Below, one piece after another: positions 47,228 through 56,684 of a DNA stretch of 64,000 bases. Below the pieces are notes generated by a model, which saw only the letters and a program-made list of their open reading frames with translations, was not told the origin of the DNA and did no database searches. Location of the stretch: assembly GCA_963555815.3 (NCBI GenBank), contig CAUVWX020000002.1, forward strand, positions 96,001-160,000. The letters are read 5' to 3'. Positions within the stretch are counted from its first letter, which is position 1; every line of letters begins with the position of its first letter. Position numbers and translations under genes: made by a program. The stretch is from a bacterium. Its GTDB lineage: Bacteria; UBA8248; JACPRG01; G963555815.

Positions 47228-48108
47228 CGGGCAAGATCCTCTGCGTCCTGAGGGAGCCCCGCTTTTCGCCGGGAAAGGAGAAGGCTGACGAGGCCATCCT
47301 TTGCCTGACCGCCGATTGGTTAACCTCCCGGGGGATAGAGGTGGAGATCCTCTCGGCCGAGACCCTTGTCGAACGCTGGCAGGGAGAAGGGGATGAGGTG
47401 CCAGCTGAACTCATTCTCTCTATGGCCCAGGGGGAAGGCCCCCTTAAAATCCTCAGCCAGTGGGAGTCCCAGGGCGCCCTCGTCCTGAACCGCCCCGGGG
47501 TGGTCTATGAATGTTCTCGTCGAGAGAGGCTTTTGAGGTGTCTTAAGGGACCCGAAGAGAAGGGGAATGTGCAGGGGGAATTCCCCCAGGAGAGATTTCG
47601 CCTCCCAAGGTCTGAGATTGTGGACACCGAAGGCGGGGAAGAGGCTGCGGCGGGATGGACCTTTCCCCTCTGGGTCAAGCGCGCTGACCACCATGGCCTT
47701 GAGCCCGGCGATGTGGTTTTGGCAAAAGGGCCCAAGGGGGCCAGAGAGGCCCTCTTCGCCCTTTCCTCGCGCAGGGTCCAGCGAGTTCTTCTCCAAGAGC
47801 ATATTGAGGGGCAGGTCATCAAGTTTTACGGCGTCGAGGGGGGACGGTTTTGGCGGTGGCGAGGCGAGGTGCAGAAGACTTATCCTCCTTCTTACAGTGA
47901 AGTTCTGCAGAGGCTGGGCCTTCAGGCCTCCCGACGCCTGGGGCTTGACATCTACGGGGGCGATGTCATCTTGACCCCCGAGGGTAAGGTGTGGCTCATT
48001 GACCTCAACGACTGGCCCAGCTTCACGGGCTATCAGGCGGACGCCTCGGACGCAATCGCCGGCTTTGCCCTGGATGGGCTGAGGAAGAAACGCCTTGTCC
48101 AAAACTGA
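47224..48108 (+). CDS. ATP-grasp fold protein
   Basis: FPLWVKR, LQEHIEG..IKFY, GGDVI, IDLNDWPSF; ATG 47224 overlaps the upstream stop. Confidence 0.78.
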   Translation: MTGKILCVLREPRFSPGKEKADEAILCLTADWLTSRGIEVEILSAETLVERWQGEGDEVPAELILSMAQGEGPLKILSQWESQGALVLNRPGVVYECSRRERLLRCLKGPEEKGNVQGEFPQERFRLPRSEIVDTEGGEEAAAGWTFPLWVKRADHHGLEPGDVVLAKGPKGAREALFALSSRRVQRVLLQEHIEGQVIKFYGVEGGRFWRWRGEVQKTYPPSYSEVLQRLGLQASRRLGLDIYGGDVILTPEGKVWLIDLNDWPSFTGYQADASDAIAGFALDGLRKKRLVQN

Positions 48109-49444
48109 CAAGATTCCCCACATCGTCACCGAGGTGCCCGGACCTAAATCCCGATCCCTGTTCGCCCGGGAGGAGCAGTTCCTTGCGCCCGGACTTCAGA
48201 GCATCGCCCTGAAATCCCGCCTCGCCATCGAGCGGGGCGAGGGCTCTCTCCTCACCGATGTGGATGGGAACACTTTCATTGATTTCTCCGCTGGGGTGGG
48301 GGTGGCGAGCCTGGGACACAGCCATCCGGTCTACCGGGAGGCCCTGCGCGCTCAGCTCGACAAAGTCGTGGTCGGCAGTTTCAGCACGGAGGTCCGGGTG
48401 GAGCTGACGGAGCTCATCGCCCGTCTCGCCCCTGGAGATCTCTGCCGCACCCAATTCTATAGCGGTGGGGCCGAGGCTGCGGAGGCCGGTCTGCGACTGG
48501 CGAAATCTCACACCAAGAAATATGAGTTCCTGGGTTTCTGGGGCGGCTTTCACGGCAAGACGGGGGGGGTCTTGGGCCTGATGGGAAGCGACTGGAAGAA
48601 GGGATTGGGGCCCCTCATGCCCGGGCTATCCCTGGCCCCCTATGCCGACTGCTACCGATGCCCCTTCGGGAAGACCTTCCCGGAATGCGATTTCTTCTGT
48701 GTCGATTTCGTGCGCGAGGCGATCGAGTACCAGACCACGGGCCAGTTGGCCGCCCTGGTGGTGGAGCCCATGCAGGGGACTGCGGGCAACGTCATCCCCC
48801 CTCCCGGCTACCTGGCCAAGCTCAAGGAGGTGGCCGAAGAGAACGGGGCCCTTCTCATCGCCGACGAGATGCTGACGGGTTTTGGGCGCACGGGGCGACT
48901 CTTTGGATGTGATCACGACGCTGTCGTCCCGGACATCATGCTCCTTGGAAAGGGGATGGGGTCAGGCTATGCCGTCAGCGCGGTGGTCTCGACAGACGAG
49001 ATCAGCCGGGCCCTGCCCTTCGCTGAGCCGAGCGGGAGCTCGAGCTCCCACGGGGGCAACCCCCTGGCCTCTGCGGCGGCCCTGGTGACCCTCCAGACCG
49101 TGCTGGCTGAGTCGCTGGTGGAAAACTCCGCCCAGGTCGGCGCCTTCTTACTTGACAAATTGAAGGCCTTGGGCGAAAAATATGAATTTATTGGGGATGT
49201 GCGCGGAAAGGGTCTCTTCATCGGTCTGGATCTGGTGAAGGACCGGGCGACCAAGATTCCCCTAGAGAAGGAGGTCACGGAGCGGATCTTTCAGGAGGCC
49301 CTCCGGCGTGGCCTTCTCCTGATGGCTTACAGCTCTAGAGTCCGAATCAACCCCGCCCTCACTCTGACGGGGGAGGTTGCAGAAGCTGGAATCAATGTCC
49401 TTGATGAAGTCTTTGACTACATCCAACGGAACGTCGCGGTCTAA
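48095..49444 (+). CDS. Class III PLP-dependent aminotransferase
   Basis: DVDGN, SGGAEA.E, GFHGKT, EPMQG, ADEMLTGFGRTG, GKG, GGNP. Confidence 0.93.
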   Translation: MSKTDKIPHIVTEVPGPKSRSLFAREEQFLAPGLQSIALKSRLAIERGEGSLLTDVDGNTFIDFSAGVGVASLGHSHPVYREALRAQLDKVVVGSFSTEVRVELTELIARLAPGDLCRTQFYSGGAEAAEAGLRLAKSHTKKYEFLGFWGGFHGKTGGVLGLMGSDWKKGLGPLMPGLSLAPYADCYRCPFGKTFPECDFFCVDFVREAIEYQTTGQLAALVVEPMQGTAGNVIPPPGYLAKLKEVAEENGALLIADEMLTGFGRTGRLFGCDHDAVVPDIMLLGKGMGSGYAVSAVVSTDEISRALPFAEPSGSSSSHGGNPLASAAALVTLQTVLAESLVENSAQVGAFLLDKLKALGEKYEFIGDVRGKGLFIGLDLVKDRATKIPLEKEVTERIFQEALRRGLLLMAYSSRVRINPALTLTGEVAEAGINVLDEVFDYIQRNVAV

Positions 49445-49553
49445 TGGTTCCCCGTCGGCTCCGGCCCGGGACATCCCGCGGGTGCGCCGATCCCCGTGGG
49501 TGTGGCTTCACCATTTCCTTAACCGGGTCCGGCTGGCCAAGAGCTACTATCGG
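49437..49553 (+). repeat. Dispersed inverted repeat, copy B (partner 4537-4653)
   Basis: See copy A; spans the aminotransferase stop and the radical SAM 5' end. Confidence 0.95.
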
Positions 49554-50483
49554 GGGGAGACCTACGTCTCTGGATTTCCTGCCCACCTTAAGATAGAGCT
49601 CACCAACTACTGTAACCTCGCCTGCACATTTTGTCCCCACGAACAGATGGAGCGTTCCGTCGGTTTTATGAAGATGGACCTCTTCAAGCGGATCGTCGAT
49701 TCAAGCGTCCGCCACGTGGAGTTCATTTACCTCCATTTCATGGGTGAGTCCCTCGTCCACCCCAAGATCTTCGACATGATCGAATATGCCCGAAGCCTGG
49801 GGATCAAGGCAGGCCTCTCCACCAACGCCAGCTTTCTCGATGAGAGACGGGCCCGGGGCCTCCTCACCTCGAATATCGACTTCCTCATCATCTCCTTCGA
49901 GGGGGCGAACCCCGACACCTACGAGGAGGTGCGGCTCAAGGGCTCTTACAAAGAAACCCTCCAGAACATTCAGAGTTTCTATCGCCTCAAGCGGGAGATC
50001 CCAAACGGGGTGACCAGTGCCGTCCAGATGATTCACACGAGCGAGAGCGATGAGGAGGTGGAGGGCTTCCGAGGCCAGTGGCCTGAGGGGGTCATCATCA
50101 AAAAGATCAAGAACTGGGGCGGCCAGATGCCAGAGCTCACAGCCAGTAAGTCCGTCCAGAACCATCTCAGCCCCTGCGCCCTTCCCTGGAAGGAGCTTTC
50201 CATCCTCTGGGACGGAACACTGACGCTCTGCGCGAACACTTACGATCGGGAGGTCGTCCTGGGACACCTAGATGAAGAGTCCCTGCAGGAGGTCTGGAAC
50301 GGTCCCAAGATGCAGGAGATCCGCAGACGCCACGTGGCCCGTCAAGTCAAAGGCATCCCGGTCTGCGAGACTTGCCCCCGCTATTCCTTTGCCCCCGGCC
50401 AATTCCTGATGCGAGACCAGCTCGCCTTAAGGAAGCTTCACTACTTGGGAAACGGGGGGAGCATGAAGACCGCCCTCTCCTAA
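49482..50483 (+). CDS. Radical SAM protein with SPASM/twitch domain (start uncertain: GTG 49482, or upstream in-frame ATG 49395/49404)
   Basis: IELTNYCNLACTFC, GE..VHP, STNA; C..PW..L.I.WDG...LC...G.L...WN...C..C. Confidence 0.9.
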   Translation: MRRSPWVWLHHFLNRVRLAKSYYRGETYVSGFPAHLKIELTNYCNLACTFCPHEQMERSVGFMKMDLFKRIVDSSVRHVEFIYLHFMGESLVHPKIFDMIEYARSLGIKAGLSTNASFLDERRARGLLTSNIDFLIISFEGANPDTYEEVRLKGSYKETLQNIQSFYRLKREIPNGVTSAVQMIHTSESDEEVEGFRGQWPEGVIIKKIKNWGGQMPELTASKSVQNHLSPCALPWKELSILWDGTLTLCANTYDREVVLGHLDEESLQEVWNGPKMQEIRRRHVARQVKGIPVCETCPRYSFAPGQFLMRDQLALRKLHYLGNGGSMKTALS

Positions 50484-50498
50484 GCGAGAGGGATCGCG

Positions 50499-51839
50499 TC
50501 AGGCGGTTGGATGTGCGGGGCGGGTGGACCCGAGGCGGGTCCAGAGAAAGACGAGAGTTAGAAAAAAAAGATTCCCACCGATTGCGCTGGCCCAGAGAAA
50601 CCACTCCAGCCTTCCCGCCACCGCCAGGATCAGGATGAGATAGCTAAAGTCGCGCCGCGTCAGGTAATCTGCCAATCTGGCAAGCCAGCTCAGATCCCCC
50701 CGGACTTTTGGGGCATTCATTCCCTCAACGACTGAAACAAAAAAATCCCCTTTGCCGCTTTTGTTCCTCAGGGTCTTCCAGGAGATCCCTCCCGCAGAGA
50801 GCAAGACCCCCAAGCAGGCCAAGGCCCCAAGCCAGATGAAACGGGGCTCGGGGGTCCTCCAGTAGAGGCCGGCGGCGATTCCCCCAAAGACCGCCACATG
50901 GACCAGATTGTCTGCCCAGAGATCGAGCCACCCACCCAGGCGGGTCTGCTGAAATTTCAGGCGGGCGATCTCTCCATCGCATCCGTCCAGGGTGGAGGTG
51001 AACATGAAGAGGAGGGCGCCGATCACTTGGAACCCCCAGAGAGGCTGAGCAATGAAGCCTGCCGATAGGAGGCCAAGCAGGAGTGTGGCCAGCGTCATCT
51101 GGTTGGGGGTGATGGAGGTTCGGGCGAAGCGCCGGGTCATGGCGAGAGAGATGGGTCGATCCAGGCGTCGGGCGAGGAAGCTGTCGGTCTTTTTGCCCAG
51201 TTCCCGAAAGAGTCGCTCCTCTGCTCGGGGAATGTCGTCGGGGGAGGCAACGGCCACCCAACAGGCATCTTCGGCCGGGAGATACTCGACCTGTGATCCC
51301 TCCAAGGTCCTGAGCCATCGCTCGGGCAAAGGGCCCGCCCCTTCGTTCAGGGCCTTCCCGAGCTTTGCGGCCATCCCGGGCCCGCAGATTGAAACCCCGG
51401 AAAAGCGCTCAAGGAGGTTTCCTTCTCCCTCTCGGGTCAGAAGCTGGACGCCGTCATGGGGAGGGTCTTCGGCGGGTAGGTCTTTCAGGAGTTCGGCCTC
51501 TAAGAGACGATCCGCGAAGACCAGGAGAAAGGGGGCCTTTTCTGCAAAGACTAACCCCTCTTCGGTGTTGTATAGAGGGATGTCTCTCAACCTCTTGTCT
51601 TTGGCGAGATCGGCCAGGAGAGGCTCGGGGGACCCTTCAAAGACTACGGCGAGGGGATCTGCTCCAAGCAGGCGAAGGAGGAGGAGCGTTCGCCTGAGGA
51701 GGCTGAGGCCGCCAATCTGCAGGAGGCAGGGGCTGGAAGTGGTCTGAGTGGGGCTTTTTGGCGGCAAGGGGGCCAAGACAAGGGTTCGACGGGACCTCAC
51801 ATGATTGCTCTCCCCCCGGTTTCGCTCTGTAGGCACCAT
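50499..51839 (-). CDS. CDP-alcohol phosphatidyltransferase with degenerate N-terminal nucleotidyltransferase-like domain (IPCT/DIPPS-like architecture)
   Basis: TPNQMT, DGCDGEIAR...GGWLD..AD signature. Confidence 0.88.
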   Translation of the reverse strand: MVPTERNRGESNHVRSRRTLVLAPLPPKSPTQTTSSPCLLQIGGLSLLRRTLLLLRLLGADPLAVVFEGSPEPLLADLAKDKRLRDIPLYNTEEGLVFAEKAPFLLVFADRLLEAELLKDLPAEDPPHDGVQLLTREGEGNLLERFSGVSICGPGMAAKLGKALNEGAGPLPERWLRTLEGSQVEYLPAEDACWVAVASPDDIPRAEERLFRELGKKTDSFLARRLDRPISLAMTRRFARTSITPNQMTLATLLLGLLSAGFIAQPLWGFQVIGALLFMFTSTLDGCDGEIARLKFQQTRLGGWLDLWADNLVHVAVFGGIAAGLYWRTPEPRFIWLGALACLGVLLSAGGISWKTLRNKSGKGDFFVSVVEGMNAPKVRGDLSWLARLADYLTRRDFSYLILILAVAGRLEWFLWASAIGGNLFFLTLVFLWTRLGSTRPAHPTA

Positions 51840-51950
51840 ATGATGGCGGACCTCCTTTTTATATAATATCTTGCCACGTTCGGGGGTGTGAATGGTAACG
51901 GTCTCTCAAAAGGTGTTGGCGGCCGCACGGGCCGCTGGAGATGGGCGGTC

Positions 51951-52985
51951 ATGAGCCATGCCCAGAAATGGCGTCTGATCCGTCTCCTTTTCTTGGCCCT
52001 TGGGCTCGCCTTTTTTCCCCTCCTCATCTACAGGCTGGACCCGGGGGCCATCGGGGCCGAGCTGGCCCGGGTAGGGATCTACATCCCCATCATCATCCTG
52101 CCCTACTTTGTGGGCTTCATCTTCGACAGTATCGGCTGGCGGTATTCCTTTTCATCCCCACCGGGGGTGAGCTTCAACCGTCTCTTCTGGGTCCGTATGG
52201 CCGGCGAGGCCATGAACGTGGTCACACCCGCCGCTTACCTGGGGGGGGAGCCCGTCAAGGCCTTCCTTCTGAATAAGCATAAGATTCCGCTGGTCGAGGG
52301 GGCCTCCGCGGTCGTGATTGCAAAGACCGCGATGACCGTGGCCGAGGCAATCTTCGTCATCATCGGGGCCGGTATTGCTCTCCATCAGGTGGGGGCCGGC
52401 TCCGCCGTTGTGAAGGGAGTCCTTCTGGCCCTTATCGCGCTGCTCCCCTTGGTGGGTCTTCTGATCTTTGCCCAACGGGCCGGTCTCTTCACACGTATCC
52501 TTCGGACGCTAAGGAAGCTGGGGCTTCGTGGGCGCTTCCTCGACCGAGCCGAGGAGCGTGTCTCCCACCTTGACCACAACCTCAGCCGCTACTACCGCGA
52601 AAACCCCCGGGGGATGGTCCTCGCCACCTTCTATCACCTTGTGGGCTGGGTCATGGGGGTGGGGGAGGTCTACCTCATCCTCTCCCTGATGGGGATTCCC
52701 GTGGACTTGGGGATGGCCTTCGCCATCGAGGCCCTCGGGGCCATCATCAAGGGGGCCATGTTCTTCATACCGGCGAGCATCGGGACGCAAGAGGGGGGGA
52801 ACGTCCTCATCTTCGCCGCCTATGGGCTCTCGGCCACAACCAGCCTCTCCTTCAGCATTATTCGACGTATCCGAGAGATCATTTATGTTGTTATCGGCCT
52901 CTACATCTTCTCGCGGTACGAGTGGAAGAAGGATGTCCCCAGGGCCGAGACCACCCCGGCCTCCCCTGAGATGTTTGAGAGGTGA
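51951..52985 (+). CDS. Flippase-like / lysylphosphatidylglycerol synthase TM domain protein
   Basis: GEAMNVVTP...GGEPVK, PASIGTQEGG, RRIRE; about 8 TMs. Confidence 0.85.
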   Translation: MSHAQKWRLIRLLFLALGLAFFPLLIYRLDPGAIGAELARVGIYIPIIILPYFVGFIFDSIGWRYSFSSPPGVSFNRLFWVRMAGEAMNVVTPAAYLGGEPVKAFLLNKHKIPLVEGASAVVIAKTAMTVAEAIFVIIGAGIALHQVGAGSAVVKGVLLALIALLPLVGLLIFAQRAGLFTRILRTLRKLGLRGRFLDRAEERVSHLDHNLSRYYRENPRGMVLATFYHLVGWVMGVGEVYLILSLMGIPVDLGMAFAIEALGAIIKGAMFFIPASIGTQEGGNVLIFAAYGLSATTSLSFSIIRRIREIIYVVIGLYIFSRYEWKKDVPRAETTPASPEMFER

Positions 52986-53039
52986 GAGTAGCGTCTCCCC
53001 TAAGGGGCGCTGCCTCTTTCTGATGTCTGGGCCTCCCGC

Positions 53040-54218
53040 CTAAAAGTCCACCTTGTGAAGGACCTGGGCCAAGACTCTTCGCTGGGCCTTGGGAATGGGG
53101 AGATCCGAGAGTTGGGAGATTTTTAGCCAACGGCAGGCCTGATAGGCTTGCGGACGAGGAGTCCCCAAAAGGTCCGTTGCCCTAAAGATGTGGAAGGAGA
53201 TCCGGCGGTGGGTCAGGGTGGCTGAGGCGTTGGCCACCTTCCTCAACCCCTTTGCGGACACCCCCAGTCGTTCCTTTAGCGCCTCCTGGAGGGAGAGGGT
53301 CAACCCCCGCCCTGGGCGGCGCTCTCCCCCAGGGAGTCCCCACAGACCCCCAAAGAGACCCTCCTTGGGGTTCTGGACCAGGAGTATTTTTGTTCCGCGG
53401 GTCAGAAAGAGAGAGACCACCTCAACCTCTTTTGGCGGAGTTCGACGAAGGGGTGGGGGGATCTGATTCTGGTGCCCAAGCCTCTTTGCCCCGCATAGGT
53501 TTTTTAGCGGGCAGGAGGGACAGGCGGGGTCTTTAGGTCGGCAGACCAGGGCTCCGAGCTCCATGAGGGCTTGATTGAAATCCCCCGGCCGGTCCCGTGG
53601 AAGAAGGCCCCGTGCCAGCTCCCGCAGGTGTTTAAGAGCGGCCGCCCGCCCGGGGTCTCCCTCTAGGGCGAAAAGGCGGGCGAGGACCCTTTTGACGTTT
53701 CCGTCTAGGGCGGGGTAGGGCTTTCCAAAAGCAATGCTGAGGATAGCGCCCGCCGTATACTCACCGACGCCGGGGAGCTTAGTGAGGGATTGAAAATCCT
53801 CCGGGAGTTTTTCGACGTGCTTGGAGAGGATCACACGGGCCGCCTGGTGCAGGTGCCTCGCACGGGCGTAATAACCCATCCCCTGCCAGATTTTCAGGAC
53901 GGCTTCAAGGGGCGAGGTGGCGAGAACCCTCAGGCTTGGAAAACGTTTCAGGAATTTTCGGTAGTAGGGAAGGACAGTCTTGACCTGGGTCTGGTGGAGC
54001 ATGATCTCGGAGACCCAGATGGCGTAAGGGTCCCTCGACTCCCGCCACGGAAGCTTTCGTCGAAGGCGGGCATACCAGGCGAGGAGATGGGCCTGAAGCT
54101 CCCGCTTTTGCCGGGGGGAGAGATGTAAAAGTTTCGCTGCGGTCAGGGGTCTCCTGGACATCTGACGGGGGGCTCTGAGGATGGCGGATCGTCCTCCACG
54201 GGCGCTCTCTTTAGGCAC
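53040..54218 (-). CDS. mutY: A/G-specific adenine glycosylase (start possibly ATG 54161)
   Basis: WVSEIML.QT, GMGYYARAR, LPGVG.YTA, DGNV.RV, 4-Cys Fe-S motif, NUDIX-like tail. Confidence 0.95.
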   Translation of the reverse strand: MPKESARGGRSAILRAPRQMSRRPLTAAKLLHLSPRQKRELQAHLLAWYARLRRKLPWRESRDPYAIWVSEIMLHQTQVKTVLPYYRKFLKRFPSLRVLATSPLEAVLKIWQGMGYYARARHLHQAARVILSKHVEKLPEDFQSLTKLPGVGEYTAGAILSIAFGKPYPALDGNVKRVLARLFALEGDPGRAAALKHLRELARGLLPRDRPGDFNQALMELGALVCRPKDPACPSCPLKNLCGAKRLGHQNQIPPPLRRTPPKEVEVVSLFLTRGTKILLVQNPKEGLFGGLWGLPGGERRPGRGLTLSLQEALKERLGVSAKGLRKVANASATLTHRRISFHIFRATDLLGTPRPQAYQACRWLKISQLSDLPIPKAQRRVLAQVLHKVDF

Positions 54219-54226
54219 ACCCTTTT

Positions 54227-55372
54227 TTAAGTTCCCTCGTAGAAGATGCGGTAGATTCGGCCTGAAAAGTCGTCCGAGACGAGGAGGCTTCCGTCCTTTG
54301 TCACCACAAGGTCAACGGGCCTTCCCCAGACATTTCTGCCCACCAGGAAGCCCGTCAAAAAATCTTCCACGGAAAGAGGCTCTCCGTCCTTCATCCGGAC
54401 TCGGACCACCTTGTAGCCCGTTGGGACAGAGCGGTTCCAGGAGCCGTGGTAGGCGATGAAGAGGTCCCCTCGGTATTCCTCCGGAAATTGACTACCGGTG
54501 TAGAAGGTGAGACCGAGGGGGGCGGAGTGAGCCTGGAGTCCCAGGGTGGGGGGAATCGTCTCCTCGCAGAACCCCGGGAGGCTGAACCCAGGGTCCGGGA
54601 CTTTTTGTCCGTGGCAGTAGGGCCAACCGTAGTGGCCCCCATCTCGGACTATCAATACTTCATCCGGGGGGGCGTCATCCCCGAGCCAGTCCCTTCCGTT
54701 CTCAGTGGCCCAGATTTCTTTTGTCTGCGGGTGAAATACAAACCCGACAGCATTCCGAATGCCCTGGGCGTAGATGCGCCCCTCTGTCCCGTCGGGGTTG
54801 AACTGGAGAATGGCGGCGCGCCGGGGGTCATCCTCGACGCACACATTGCAGGAGGATCCGGCCGAGACATAAAGTTTCCCGTCCGCTCCAAAGCCGAGGG
54901 TCCGGGTCCAGTGCCCCCCTCCCCTTGGAAGGTCGGGGACGACAACCTCCTGGACATCGGCCTTCAGGTCTCCGTCTCTATCCTGAAACCTCAGGACTCG
55001 CCCGTTCTCGGCGACATAAGCCCAGCCGTCGCGGAAGGCAATGCCGTGAGGTCGGTCCAGACCCTCGGCGAAGGGGACGGCCTCGTCGGCCCGCCCGTCC
55101 CCATCGCGGTCCGGCAGGACGACGACCTTGCCTGACCTTGGGGTCGAGACGTAGAGGTGGCCCTGGTCGTCAAAGGCCATAAATCGCGCCATCCCGAGGT
55201 CCGAGGCGAAGACCTCGAAACGAAATCCCGGAGGAAGCTGGACTTTCTCCGTTTGGGCCATGGCGCGCGAAGGGATGAGGCCTGCAAGGAGAAGGGTCAA
55301 GATCCAGGCGCCGACGAGCGCTTTTTTGCGCCATGCTTGAAAAGATGATTTCACGTCCCCCTCCCTTCTCAT
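54227..55372 (-). CDS. PQQ-dependent sugar/sorbosone dehydrogenase family beta-propeller
   Basis: Signal peptide; GGGHWTR, GSSCNVC, GIRNAVG, YGWPYC, HGSWNR, GRPVD. Confidence 0.9.
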   Translation of the reverse strand: MRREGDVKSSFQAWRKKALVGAWILTLLLAGLIPSRAMAQTEKVQLPPGFRFEVFASDLGMARFMAFDDQGHLYVSTPRSGKVVVLPDRDGDGRADEAVPFAEGLDRPHGIAFRDGWAYVAENGRVLRFQDRDGDLKADVQEVVVPDLPRGGGHWTRTLGFGADGKLYVSAGSSCNVCVEDDPRRAAILQFNPDGTEGRIYAQGIRNAVGFVFHPQTKEIWATENGRDWLGDDAPPDEVLIVRDGGHYGWPYCHGQKVPDPGFSLPGFCEETIPPTLGLQAHSAPLGLTFYTGSQFPEEYRGDLFIAYHGSWNRSVPTGYKVVRVRMKDGEPLSVEDFLTGFLVGRNVWGRPVDLVVTKDGSLLVSDDFSGRIYRIFYEGT

Positions 55373-55463
55373 GTCTCCCCCGTTTCTCGCAGTATATAAC
55401 TGAGGGTGCTGGGGATCGAATCCCAAAGTGAGTTTCGCGACGCCCCAAACGGCCGGCTGCTTT

Positions 55464-56570
55464 TCAGAGGTCTGACATCCTCTCCTCGACGAGGCCGGTG
55501 ATCCCTTGGAAGACCACCTCCGACAGAATCTCTAGTCCCCTTTGTTGCAGGTGGACGTGATCCCGGAAGTAATCGAGCTCGATAGGGAGCTCTTCGTTCG
55601 CCGCGACACAGGAGACACCCTCCAGGGCGCAGAGTTTGTCGTTCACCGCCCAGCCCGTCTGGACGGCCTCCACCAGGACGTCATGCTCGAATCCAGTGTA
55701 GGCGTAGCCGATGCGGTTTCGCTCCTCCGAGACATTTTGGGAATGGATGAGGCTTCCCTGCTTCACAATCACAAAGGGGACAGACCTCTCGGCCAGGAGC
55801 TTGTGGATGCCCAGGAGGTTCTCTCGATAGAAGTTGACCCCGTTTGGCTCGATCTGCTTGTTGAGGGTCTCGTGGCTGGGGCCTTCGTACCGGATGCGGT
55901 AGGTGTAAAGAAGGGCCTTGATGATGGAAAAGCGGAGCCGGGCCACGAGCTGAGAATAGCGGGTCAGCTCATCAACGACCGGGATCTTCCAGGCTGGGAA
56001 CATCAGAGTTCTCTTCTGGTTAAACTCGCCTTGTCTCAACAGGTGGCGGGTGAGGGCCGGGACGTCAGACCACCAAAAATATTTCACGTCGTTCCAGAGG
56101 TGGTAGACGAGGACAAGATCGGGGGAGAGTTGAAGGAGCTCGCATTCCAGCCGCTTGTGAGACTGAAAGGCGGAGTAGCCGGGCGTCCCAGCATTTAGCA
56201 CGACGACGTGCGGCCCAAACCGATCCTGAAGCTTCATCTCCAAGAGACGTGGCCAAGTTTTTTGCCCCTCGGCCTTGGAGTTGAAAGTTGCCGATCCCCC
56301 GAGGACAAGGATTCGGAACTCTCCCGAGGGTTTTTGAAGGGGCATCTCTCTTCCCCGAAGACCTAGCGCGTTGATGTGGATGCCGCCCCGTTTGTTCTCG
56401 TAGACACCGGGCTCCATCTTCCAGCCGAAACACCCGTCCTGAGTGTAGCGGATGGACTTTTTGCGCCAGGCGTCAAAGTCCTTGTAGCGAAGAAAGTTTC
56501 TGACGAACAACTCCCCAGCGATGAGGACGAAGAGGAGAGAGAAGAGCGAGAGAAGGATCTTCTTCTTCAC
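55464..56570 (-). CDS. SGNH/GDSL hydrolase family protein
   Basis: N-terminal TM, INALGLRG, LGGSATF, NAG.PGY, WND, DHVH. Confidence 0.85.
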   Translation of the reverse strand: MKKKILLSLFSLLFVLIAGELFVRNFLRYKDFDAWRKKSIRYTQDGCFGWKMEPGVYENKRGGIHINALGLRGREMPLQKPSGEFRILVLGGSATFNSKAEGQKTWPRLLEMKLQDRFGPHVVVLNAGTPGYSAFQSHKRLECELLQLSPDLVLVYHLWNDVKYFWWSDVPALTRHLLRQGEFNQKRTLMFPAWKIPVVDELTRYSQLVARLRFSIIKALLYTYRIRYEGPSHETLNKQIEPNGVNFYRENLLGIHKLLAERSVPFVIVKQGSLIHSQNVSEERNRIGYAYTGFEHDVLVEAVQTGWAVNDKLCALEGVSCVAANEELPIELDYFRDHVHLQQRGLEILSEVVFQGITGLVEERMSDL

Positions 56571-56684
56571 GGTCGACTGTCGTTGTTGTGAGGGGGCCTT
56601 GAGATGGCCAAAATCTCTTTTTTGCTGGGACTCATCCCCACTCCTTCTGACGCCGCTGGAAAGCTCATTTTGAGCGGTTCCATA

